Positions 28,856 to 37,455 of a DNA stretch of 54,027 nucleotides are shown here, in pieces. The notes beneath the pieces are model-generated. The model had not been told where the DNA came from and made no database searches. It saw only the letters and a list, made by a program, of their open reading frames with translations. How positions within the stretch are numbered: the stretch's first letter is position 1; each line of letters opens with the position of its first letter. The DNA is from an uncultured Candidatus Saccharibacteria bacterium (GTDB taxonomy: Bacteria; Patescibacteriota; Saccharimonadia; Saccharimonadales; Saccharimonadaceae). The stretch is from NCBI GenBank assembly GCA_964471175.1, contig CAYYEY010000001.1, positions 1 to 54,027 on the forward strand, read 5' to 3'. The position numbers were made by a program, and so were the translations under genes.

Positions 28856-30577
28856 ATGAAGGTTGTACAGTTTATAAAATCTTTTTTTGGAAAAACCGTC
28901 GTAAAACATTTTTTGATTATTTCGGCTGTTGCTTTTTTGGCGCTTGGTGTATTGTGGCAGACCAGTTATCCCGCTGGTCATGACTTAAGCTATCATGCTG
29001 CGTCAGCAATTGGAACTTCTAATCATAGTTTTTTTGATATTTTTACAAGTAAGATTTATGGCACGGTCTCAAACGACTTTGGCTACGGCGAAGGATTATT
29101 CTATCCACCTCTCCCACATGTAATAACTGGTTTAATATATAAACTTATTAGCCCATTTGGACTGAGTGTTTATGCTGCTATTAGAATATTCTATTTCTTG
29201 CTTCTTATATGTGCTGGAATGTTCATGCGTAAATTGATTCTTTTGGTTACTAAAAATGAGAAGGCTGCTTTGCTTTCTGCAGTTTTTTACATCACAGTAC
29301 CTTATGTTTTAACAGACATTCTCATAAGAAGTGCCATGGCGGAATCGTTAATGTTTGTTTTTATACCGATAACTCTCATTGGTTTGTATTATTTGATGCA
29401 CGAGAAATATAGGTCATTCTTACTTTATTTCACTATCGGCTGTGCGGGCATGATACATTCGCATTTAGTGATAACTCTTTATTTTACTATTTTCTGCTTC
29501 ATTTGCTTCTTACCAAAAATTAAAATGTTTATTTCGAAAAAGAAAATCTGCTATTTTCTGATTAGCATTGTTGCTACAGCATCGATAAGTTTGCCATTCA
29601 TTTTACCGCTAATAGAAAACTACTTAAATACTGGTTATTATGTTTTTAAATCTGACTTTATGACAACGGCGGATAATCTCAATTTTTGGCGCGTACCTTT
29701 TGATTATTTATTGTCATTCGATAAAACGTTTGTGGGTGTTCCATTAATGTTGAGCCTACTAGGAGTAGGTACGCTGATATACTCTATCATTAATTATCGA
29801 AAAATACGTTCTGATAATAATAAGCCATTTTTAATCTTTGGAATTTTAATTTGTATTCTTTGTATTTATTTCTCTAGCACATTATTTACATGGGGCTTGG
29901 TTCCTGATACTATGCTTTTAATTCAGTTCCCTTGGCGCTTATTATCGTTTGTGGCTGTTGCTATGTCCATTTTGGTTGGAATTTTTGTCTCCCATCTAAT
30001 TAATAGTAAAATAAGCAAAATATTTATCGTGCTTCTGATCATGGTTTCTAGTATCATTAGTGTTACTCAGATTAATAATTGTCTTAAACCAGAATACGCG
30101 CCAGAGCAGAATAACTTGTCTTATGAATCATCATATATCGTCGATTATGTTCCTACAGCCACACCCGCCACAAGCACTGACAGCAGTTATATTAAGAGTC
30201 ATACCCACGACATTATTGCTAGTGACAACCAAATCGTTATATCTGACATTAAAAGTAATACACCTGACTTAGATTTTGACGTAAGTAATGTCTCGCAATC
30301 ATCTACTGTTACTATACCGAGGTATTATTATCTTGGATACGAGATTAAAGCACGGTATGCAGACGATATTTCTGAAATTTTACCTTACTATATGTCAAAA
30401 GATGGATTTATTGAATTTAACTTAGAAAAAGATGCTAGAATTACTATCACTTACCCTGGAACAACTTTGCAACGTATCTCTTATTATATTTCTGGAGCTA
30501 CATTGTTAGCCTTTATTTGCTATTTTGTTATTACTGCAAATAATAACACATGTAAGAAGCCAGGCCGTAAATGCTAA
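28856..30577 (+). CDS. Membrane protein of the YfhO / '6-pyruvoyl-tetrahydropterin synthase-related' type (putative GT-C)
   Basis: Motifs GHDLSYH, GYGEGLFYPPL, RSAMAE, IQFPWR and YYYLGY; polytopic; preceded by TGATAAAAT and SD AGGAG. Confidence 0.75.
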   Translation: MKVVQFIKSFFGKTVVKHFLIISAVAFLALGVLWQTSYPAGHDLSYHAASAIGTSNHSFFDIFTSKIYGTVSNDFGYGEGLFYPPLPHVITGLIYKLISPFGLSVYAAIRIFYFLLLICAGMFMRKLILLVTKNEKAALLSAVFYITVPYVLTDILIRSAMAESLMFVFIPITLIGLYYLMHEKYRSFLLYFTIGCAGMIHSHLVITLYFTIFCFICFLPKIKMFISKKKICYFLISIVATASISLPFILPLIENYLNTGYYVFKSDFMTTADNLNFWRVPFDYLLSFDKTFVGVPLMLSLLGVGTLIYSIINYRKIRSDNNKPFLIFGILICILCIYFSSTLFTWGLVPDTMLLIQFPWRLLSFVAVAMSILVGIFVSHLINSKISKIFIVLLIMVSSIISVTQINNCLKPEYAPEQNNLSYESSYIVDYVPTATPATSTDSSYIKSHTHDIIASDNQIVISDIKSNTPDLDFDVSNVSQSSTVTIPRYYYLGYEIKARYADDISEILPYYMSKDGFIEFNLEKDARITITYPGTTLQRISYYISGATLLAFICYFVITANNNTCKKPGRKC

Positions 30578-32057
30578 GTGCGCTAACGCTAGCAAAAGCA
30601 TAAATTGTCATGTCCTTTGGTGCTCGATTATTGCCGAGTGGCGTGAGTAAGGATAATATTAACATCACAAGTGGTATGAAATATCTCCCTTGCACTCCTT
30701 CTATAAGTGGGGCTTTTACCGCAGTCCATTGAATATAGAGACTGGTAAATATTAATGCTATACAAACTATAGTCACAGCTGCCAAGAATATCTTTTGTTT
30801 ATTCTCTAGGAAATATTTTTGTCTGTTCTCTGATATATAAATGTAGAATAGTAAGAAGGCAAATCCCAAAATATATGGTTGTTCAATAAGTACATTAAAG
30901 TATGCCAGGCCAGAGCCAAAGAATGAGAAAAAGTAGAATAAACCATTACTGAAAACCGACCTAAACATTACTGAGACATAACTGAGTGGATTATGGAGAA
31001 TATTGCTTACTTGTTCGCTTGGGTTCACACCAGGATTTGTTTCTATTAGGTATCCAGAAGAAATCTTGAGCCATATTAGATTCAGAATTACGGCTAATCC
31101 AAGAAGTGAAAGTAGTAATATGATTTTATGTTTTTTGTCTTTAAAGCATTTTTTAGGAAGTAATAGTAATAGGAAGCATATTGGCAAGTAAACAATCTTA
31201 CCCATAGCAATAAATAATACAAGTACTGCTGCTATTACTATCTCCTTTTTTGTTAATAATGTTGGTTTCTTAATCTTATAAAAAGTAAATGCCATCAGTG
31301 CGATAGTTGAAGCATTAGTCAAAGCATCTGCTTGACAAGAGGCTGCCGCCTGCATAGATATTGGCATTAAGAGTATCATGCATAATACACTCTTTCCAAA
31401 TGGCATCTTTTTTATAGCAAAATATAAAATCAGTATCCATACTGCAAGATTAAAAATTCTAGCCAGATAGAATATACAAATCATTGGTAAATGCAAGACT
31501 CGCCCAATAGCAATTCCGAGAGATTGTGGAATAAAAGCAATTGGGGAATACAAAGCCATATTGTTAAATTCTTGAAAGCTTTCAGAATCCGCCTCAGATG
31601 TTCTTGCCATAATATCTGGCATCTTGTTGTATCTAATTTCTCCTGGACCGTACGAAAATAGTTCGTTGACTGAATTTGGCAAAGTGTCACCTGCACCTTT
31701 TTCAGAATCCCCTTTTACTGCAAGAAGTCGTCCGTTTGTGATACTATAAGCCCTTCTAAAGTGGTGAGCCTCGTCTGGTGGTGTGCCAATCGGCATCAGG
31801 AAAACATACATCAAACCTAGTACAATTGAAAAAAGCAAAAGTAGTTGATGATGTTCCCAGTTTTTTCTTTGCTTCAGGAAAAATCCTAGAATTAGCAAAA
31901 CGATCTGCACGATTAGAAGCAAAGCAATTATTAGTATCTTATTCCCCACTACAGAGCGCATATTATAAATTAAACCTGCATTAATAATTAAAAAGATCGC
32001 CGAGAATAGCAGGTATTTATAATTATCAAATATGAATTTTTTGAATTTTTTAATCAT
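30531..32057 (-). CDS. DUF2142-family membrane protein (putative GT-C)
   Basis: Motifs PPDEAHHFRRAY, YSPIAFIPQ, K..Y.P and GVQGRYFIP. Confidence 0.8.
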   Translation of the reverse strand: MIKKFKKFIFDNYKYLLFSAIFLIINAGLIYNMRSVVGNKILIIALLLIVQIVLLILGFFLKQRKNWEHHQLLLLFSIVLGLMYVFLMPIGTPPDEAHHFRRAYSITNGRLLAVKGDSEKGAGDTLPNSVNELFSYGPGEIRYNKMPDIMARTSEADSESFQEFNNMALYSPIAFIPQSLGIAIGRVLHLPMICIFYLARIFNLAVWILILYFAIKKMPFGKSVLCMILLMPISMQAAASCQADALTNASTIALMAFTFYKIKKPTLLTKKEIVIAAVLVLFIAMGKIVYLPICFLLLLLPKKCFKDKKHKIILLLSLLGLAVILNLIWLKISSGYLIETNPGVNPSEQVSNILHNPLSYVSVMFRSVFSNGLFYFFSFFGSGLAYFNVLIEQPYILGFAFLLFYIYISENRQKYFLENKQKIFLAAVTIVCIALIFTSLYIQWTAVKAPLIEGVQGRYFIPLVMLILSLLTPLGNNRAPKDMTIYAFASVSALSIYGLASYMCYYLQ

Positions 32058-32913
32058 TTTCTATACTCCAATTATTTTTTAGGGTTTGTTCAATTTTGTC
32101 CATACGTTGTATAGTGTCATTTTTAATACCAGGAGTATTCTTCAATTTATTATGAATTGTGATCATTTCATGGTAACGTTGCTTTAGGTTCACGCTACTT
32201 GACACACTATCACTGTGGATACGGTGTTGATTTAGGGTCTCATGGCTGTAAGCGATTTTTCCTTTTTTTGCCAATTCAATATAAAAAATCCAGTCTCCCG
32301 ATAATTGATACTGCTTGCTTTCATCTAAAATATTCACTAAATTTGGGAGATTTTTGAATACGACTGCAGAAACATTTGGTATTGAATTATAAACTGCTAA
32401 ATTTCGATTTAGCTCAGTCATACCACTAACGTTATAATCTTTTGTGGCATGTCGCCTACGGAGCAAATCTTTTATCTTGCGCAAACTATCTTTTATAACT
32501 AGTTTTCCATTGTCATTAATGTATTTGGAATTACAATATGACAATACAGTCTGTGGATCATTAAATCCTTGGATTACCGTTCCTAGGAAGGCTGGTTTAT
32601 TTTTATCATCTAGCTCTGCAATCCAAATATATTCGGATGATGCTAATTTAATTCCTTTCTGCCACTGCGAAAAAACATTCCCAGAATTATTTTTGTTAAA
32701 ATCGGTCTTTATCGTTAAATTTGGCATGCCATACTTAATCTTGGCAACCAATTTATTTATTACCTCTACACTATCATCCGTAGAAGCATCATCTAAAATT
32801 ACAATTTCGTTTACTGGATAAGTTTGGTCAATTACTTCTTTTATTCTTTGTGGAAGATAGTTTGCATAATTGTAATTTGGTAAAATGACAGTGATGGTTT
32901 TAGCGTGTTCCAT
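32050..32913 (-). CDS. GT2 glycosyltransferase
   Basis: Motifs VILPNYNYANYL, LDDASTD, QWQKGI, WIAELDD, IPNVSAV and GDW. Start likely at MEHAK (32913). Confidence 0.88.
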   Translation of the reverse strand: MEHAKTITVILPNYNYANYLPQRIKEVIDQTYPVNEIVILDDASTDDSVEVINKLVAKIKYGMPNLTIKTDFNKNNSGNVFSQWQKGIKLASSEYIWIAELDDKNKPAFLGTVIQGFNDPQTVLSYCNSKYINDNGKLVIKDSLRKIKDLLRRRHATKDYNVSGMTELNRNLAVYNSIPNVSAVVFKNLPNLVNILDESKQYQLSGDWIFYIELAKKGKIAYSHETLNQHRIHSDSVSSSVNLKQRYHEMITIHNKLKNTPGIKNDTIQRMDKIEQTLKNNWSIEND

Positions 32914-34057
32914 AAAAATTATAAGTTTCCTCAATTTGTTTTAAGCACGTATTACCTGTGTAGTTCTTTATGCAGTACTCATGCGCGGCCTTGGCAATTT
33001 CTTGACATAATTTTTCACTACGATAGAGTTCAAATATTGTATTATACCATTCGCCAGGTTGGCACAAGAAACCAGTTTTCTTATTCTTAATGGCTTTTTT
33101 AAAGCTGAAGGATGGCGAGGCAGCGGTAGGGACATTAACAAGACTTGCCTCAAAAAACTTTAATTCTGATTTACAATTAGCAAACACATTATCTGCAAGG
33201 GGTGCAATATTAACGTCTACTTCAGAAATTAATTTTTCTAGAGTCAGAAAATCTACCATCTCTTCATATTCAATTTGCCCACTCTCTAGATATTCTTTTG
33301 CCGAGTCTGGCAATTTTAGCATGCCAACAATTCTTAAATGTATGTCTGGATAATCGCGCAACAATTGCAATAATTCTGGATATACTACTTCAAAATCTGT
33401 AGCATGGGTGTGCGATCCACTGAAGTAACCTATCGTAAAATTCTGGGGGTTAATTTTGCCAAAATTGTCTAATAAGTTGTTTGAATATTCGACCTGCTCT
33501 TCGTTCAAAAAATTCTTAATTACTCGATACGGTTTATTGTCGTGAGACTTTGATAATATTTCTCCTAGATAGTCGTTGGTAACAATAAATCCATCTACAA
33601 GATAGGAAAAGAGTTCAAAATTGGCACTGGTGGCAATCCAATAATCTTGGTCGATGGTGTCTGGCGAAACGACGTTAAACATATTTTTGACGTAGCGCGT
33701 TCCACAAACACAATCATCAAGGTCATAGACAATTTTTATACCTAAAGATTTTGCTTCAAGCGCCAGTTCGTCATAACATGGTTTCCATTTTGGAATACGG
33801 CCAAAAATAAATATTGTGGTTTCGGATAGGAATTCCCTAACGGATTCAAGCTCATTTTCGAAGAAATAAATTAGCTGCCATTTGTCACTTTTTTTGGTTT
33901 GTTGGTATATATTATATGCACGATAGCGAAACGAGGAAGACAGGTCCACGTCGGAATAAAGGATGATGGCTAGCTTCTTACCGTTTCCTAATGCAGCCTC
34001 TGCTTCACATTTGCGAGTTTCTAGCGGTATTTGCCATGGTGTACTATTATTTTCCAT
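32900..34057 (-). CDS. GT4/GT-B glycosyltransferase
   Basis: Motifs SFRYR, YDLDD, IGYFSGSHTH, NIAPL and CKSELKFFEA. Confidence 0.85.
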   Translation of the reverse strand: MENNSTPWQIPLETRKCEAEAALGNGKKLAIILYSDVDLSSSFRYRAYNIYQQTKKSDKWQLIYFFENELESVREFLSETTIFIFGRIPKWKPCYDELALEAKSLGIKIVYDLDDCVCGTRYVKNMFNVVSPDTIDQDYWIATSANFELFSYLVDGFIVTNDYLGEILSKSHDNKPYRVIKNFLNEEQVEYSNNLLDNFGKINPQNFTIGYFSGSHTHATDFEVVYPELLQLLRDYPDIHLRIVGMLKLPDSAKEYLESGQIEYEEMVDFLTLEKLISEVDVNIAPLADNVFANCKSELKFFEASLVNVPTAASPSFSFKKAIKNKKTGFLCQPGEWYNTIFELYRSEKLCQEIAKAAHEYCIKNYTGNTCLKQIEETYNFYGTR

Positions 34058-34571
34058 TTTTTATCCACTCCTTTAATTTACTCACTTCTGTTTCTAGGAA
34101 AAACACATCACCATCAGTTACTTCTAGGCGATGAACTGGGCACGATACTCTTGTAGATTTGTCAGTGTAAAAGCTAATCGATTCTGGCATTTTTAAATGA
34201 TTTACTTCTAAAAAGTCTGAATAGACTTTTGGGTTAGGAAGCTCGTTTCTGGCAATAATTCTAAGAGCGTAATCGTTGTTCCTTGCGAATTTTGAGGCTA
34301 TTGTTAATAACTCGCTTGATTGCTTACTTCCTTCTATTTTTCTAGTTGTAAATTCACTAAATACTAGATTAATACGATTGGTCGTTGGGAAACAGAAAAG
34401 TTTGGCTATCTCAGAGTCGACTTGGACAGTTTTCTTATGTATGACTTGGTCTCTTTTTTCTGATAGTCTTCTTAGTTTTGACTCTTTGATGCCATGTCCT
34501 ACTGAACGAGAGACATCATAAAAAACTCGAAAATTTTTCTTAAGGTAATCTTTTGTTTTATTTATGCCCAT
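34047..34571 (-). CDS. Hypothetical protein resembling an isolated WsaF-like rhamnosyltransferase N-terminal domain
   Basis: 174 aa, translationally coupled on both sides. RINLV, LRIIAR and LEVTDGDVFF recall WsaF N-domain strands; the resemblance is weak and judged by eye. Confidence 0.5.
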   Translation of the reverse strand: MGINKTKDYLKKNFRVFYDVSRSVGHGIKESKLRRLSEKRDQVIHKKTVQVDSEIAKLFCFPTTNRINLVFSEFTTRKIEGSKQSSELLTIASKFARNNDYALRIIARNELPNPKVYSDFLEVNHLKMPESISFYTDKSTRVSCPVHRLEVTDGDVFFLETEVSKLKEWIKNGK

Positions 34572-36417
34572 TATTATTCCTTTTCTTGCCTCTATCTAGT
34601 ACATACCATGTTGCTCTAGAAAAACTAGGGTTATAAAATCTATCATCCTTAATTTCATTACCCCACCTTGAATACATATATTTATGTTCAGCCTTTGAAC
34701 GTTTCTTTTTCTCCGCAGTATCATCTTTTCCTCTTGATTTTGACTCGTGGTGGAACAAAACTACCATCGGCAAAAATACATTATAATATCCTTTTTCTAG
34801 TAACTTGAGATTAAAGTCCACGTCATTGAACTCTACTTTTAGAGTTTCTTCTAATCCACCAACTTCATCCCATTTTTTTCTGCTTACCATTAAACAGGCG
34901 CCAGTAACAGCACTATAATTATACGGTACTGATAATCTCCAGCCCCAAACTCTAGCGTCCTCATTTAGGCCTACAAAGGCATGTGATCCGATGCCGAGTC
35001 CTAAAATTACACCTCCATGCTGAATCGTCCTATCGGAGTATAGTAATTTTGCCCCTACGGCACCGACATGTTTTTGTGATGCGTAGCCCAGCATTAACTC
35101 TAACCAGTTTGGGGTTATCACTTCTGTATCATTATTCAAGAGCACAATGTAATCTCCAGTTGCCTGCTCCACAGCTAAATTATTCAACGTTGCGTAATTA
35201 AATTCGATTGGAGCATCAATTACGTAAAAATTGTCATGCTCTTCTTTATACTTATTAAACAATTTGAAAGTACTTTTTTTGCTGCTATTATTATTTACTA
35301 CTATCACTTCAAAATTCTGGTAGGTGGTTTTCTCATAGACGGACTTCAAGCAGCGTTTTAAGAGTTTCGCCATATCTCTAGTTGGAATAATGATACTAAT
35401 TTTTGATTTTTTGTTTATGTCATATTCTATAACATAGGATTGTACGCCTTCTGGAATAAGTACTTTCCCTTTTATTTTTCTGCGTTTTAATGCTTCTTCT
35501 AATGCTAATCTCCCTCGCTCCATAGCATAATTTTTATTATCCATTTTTGCCGCAGTTGAACCCTCTACCATGCGCCAATGATAGAGTATTTTTGGTAGAT
35601 GATAAACGCGGTCAGTTTTTTCTAGGAATCTAAGATAGAGATCATAATCTTGAGCGCCCTCAAAGCCTACTCTAAATCCACCGATTTTATCAATGATTGA
35701 TTTTCTCAAAACTCCAAGGTGTGACATATAATTACTACTAAAGAAAGTATCGGGTGCAAAATCAGATTTAAAGTTTGGTAAACAACGTTTGCCATCTATA
35801 TCTATTTTGTCCTCATCAGTGTAAATCATATCGATAGTGGGATCTTCATTTAACGCTAATACCACTTCGTAAATTGCATTCTCAGGGATAATATCATCAT
35901 TATCCATCAGAGCGACATATTCACCGCTAGCCATTTTTAAGGCATCATTACTGGCCCTTGAGATATGACCATTTTTAGCGCGGTGTTTGATTTTGACGTT
36001 TTTACGTTTTTCGTATGATTTTAGTGCGTCTAAAGTTTCTTTTGAAGTAGACGCATCATCGACTATGCAAATCTCAATGTTTTTGTAAGTTTGCGCAAGT
36101 ACTGAATTGATACAGGCTTTTAGGTATTCCGATTTGACATTATAGACTGGAATAATCACAGATATGAGCGGACGATATTTTAATCTTTTGACTGGACTTT
36201 TAGTCTGAGATTTTGGATTACTATCTAACCATTCATTATAATCGTCTTTGTTCATTGGATCTAATAAGGTAGATCTAGGTGGTCTAAAGCCAAGCAATAG
36301 TTTAATATATTTCCACCAAAGTTTTGGAGGAATCAACAAGTGATACTTTCGCCAAGCTGATTTTGTCCCACGATACAATGTTACAAAAAAGTTTTCTAGA
36401 CGGTCTTTCACTGTCAA
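34558..36417 (-). CDS. Tandem double-GT2 glycosyltransferase (rhamnan polymerase-like, RgpE/WsaE-type)
   Basis: Two GT-A domains: SVIIPVYN..DDAS..MDNDD..YTDEDK..GAQDYDL, and SIIIPTRD..LLNNDTE..SAVTGACL..NDVDF..HHES. TTG start with GAAAGGA SD. Confidence 0.88.
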   Translation of the reverse strand: MTVKDRLENFFVTLYRGTKSAWRKYHLLIPPKLWWKYIKLLLGFRPPRSTLLDPMNKDDYNEWLDSNPKSQTKSPVKRLKYRPLISVIIPVYNVKSEYLKACINSVLAQTYKNIEICIVDDASTSKETLDALKSYEKRKNVKIKHRAKNGHISRASNDALKMASGEYVALMDNDDIIPENAIYEVVLALNEDPTIDMIYTDEDKIDIDGKRCLPNFKSDFAPDTFFSSNYMSHLGVLRKSIIDKIGGFRVGFEGAQDYDLYLRFLEKTDRVYHLPKILYHWRMVEGSTAAKMDNKNYAMERGRLALEEALKRRKIKGKVLIPEGVQSYVIEYDINKKSKISIIIPTRDMAKLLKRCLKSVYEKTTYQNFEVIVVNNNSSKKSTFKLFNKYKEEHDNFYVIDAPIEFNYATLNNLAVEQATGDYIVLLNNDTEVITPNWLELMLGYASQKHVGAVGAKLLYSDRTIQHGGVILGLGIGSHAFVGLNEDARVWGWRLSVPYNYSAVTGACLMVSRKKWDEVGGLEETLKVEFNDVDFNLKLLEKGYYNVFLPMVVLFHHESKSRGKDDTAEKKKRSKAEHKYMYSRWGNEIKDDRFYNPSFSRATWYVLDRGKKRNNNGHK

Positions 36418-36511
36418 ATCCTTTCATATATCAATGTCTTTATATCTAAATATACTCTTTATTAATTATAACATATTCTGATATAATATTATTAATAAAT
36501 AGGAAGCCAAA

Positions 36512-37453
36512 ATGGATCAGATTGTTGCAAATTCTACCAGAAATACATTAGCCGAAAAAGAGCCTAGTAATAAATATACTGTAGATAAATATGAGATTGA
36601 TCTTGATTCTGATAATGATTCGCATGCTACACTTGCTAAAGAAGCGCTTGGATCCAAATATATTCTTGATGTTGGTTGTGGTGTGGGTTATATTGGGAAG
36701 AAAGTCAAATCACTGCAAAACTGCGTCGTTGATGGTATTGAATTAGAAGCAGTTGCAGCAGAAATTGCTGCGAAATCTTATGACCATGTATATCAGATGA
36801 AACTTGGTGACTCGACCGACCAGAATTTTTGTAAGTTTCTTAAAGATAAACGACGCTATAATTGTATACTGTGCGGTGATATCATTGAGCATTTGGCAGA
36901 GCCAGATTACATTATATCAATTTTAGCAAGAAAACTCTCACCTGATGGTAAAATTATCGTAAGTATTCCCAATATAGCACATATCGATGTCATCGCTGGA
37001 TTATTAGATGGAAAGTTTAATTATGCAGCACGAGGGATTTTAGATAGTACGCATCTTCGTTTTTTTACGGAGAAGTCTTTTGTTGAGTTTATTGCTAATA
37101 TCAATAAAAAGTATGATTTAAGTCTTTCCCCAAAAATTATTAAAAAGACTCATGTTCAAAATACTAATTTAGATAGTTCTGCTTTTGAAAAACTATGCGG
37201 TGATGAAATATTCGTATTTCAAAATATTTTTAGAATTACTTCTAAGAATACACCATCCACAAAAGTACGTGCACCTAAGAATTATGAAAAAATTACCGCT
37301 GAACTTGCTTCGAACGCTGAGTTAAAAAAACAAATTTATGCTAAGGAAATAAGAATCCGTGATCTAGAGAAAATTATTAAGGATATGGAAAAAAGTGCTA
37401 GTTGGAAAATAACAGCACCACTTAGAGCGGTCAACGCAAAATTAAAGAAATAA
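36512..37453 (+). CDS. Class I SAM-dependent methyltransferase with a C-terminal coiled coil (putative glycan chain terminator)
   Basis: Motifs ILDVGCGVG, GDIIEHL, VSIPNIAH and GILDSTHLRFFT; C-terminal coiled coil ending SASWKITAPLR. Confidence 0.8.
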   Translation: MDQIVANSTRNTLAEKEPSNKYTVDKYEIDLDSDNDSHATLAKEALGSKYILDVGCGVGYIGKKVKSLQNCVVDGIELEAVAAEIAAKSYDHVYQMKLGDSTDQNFCKFLKDKRRYNCILCGDIIEHLAEPDYIISILARKLSPDGKIIVSIPNIAHIDVIAGLLDGKFNYAARGILDSTHLRFFTEKSFVEFIANINKKYDLSLSPKIIKKTHVQNTNLDSSAFEKLCGDEIFVFQNIFRITSKNTPSTKVRAPKNYEKITAELASNAELKKQIYAKEIRIRDLEKIIKDMEKSASWKITAPLRAVNAKLKK

Positions 37454-37455
37454 GA

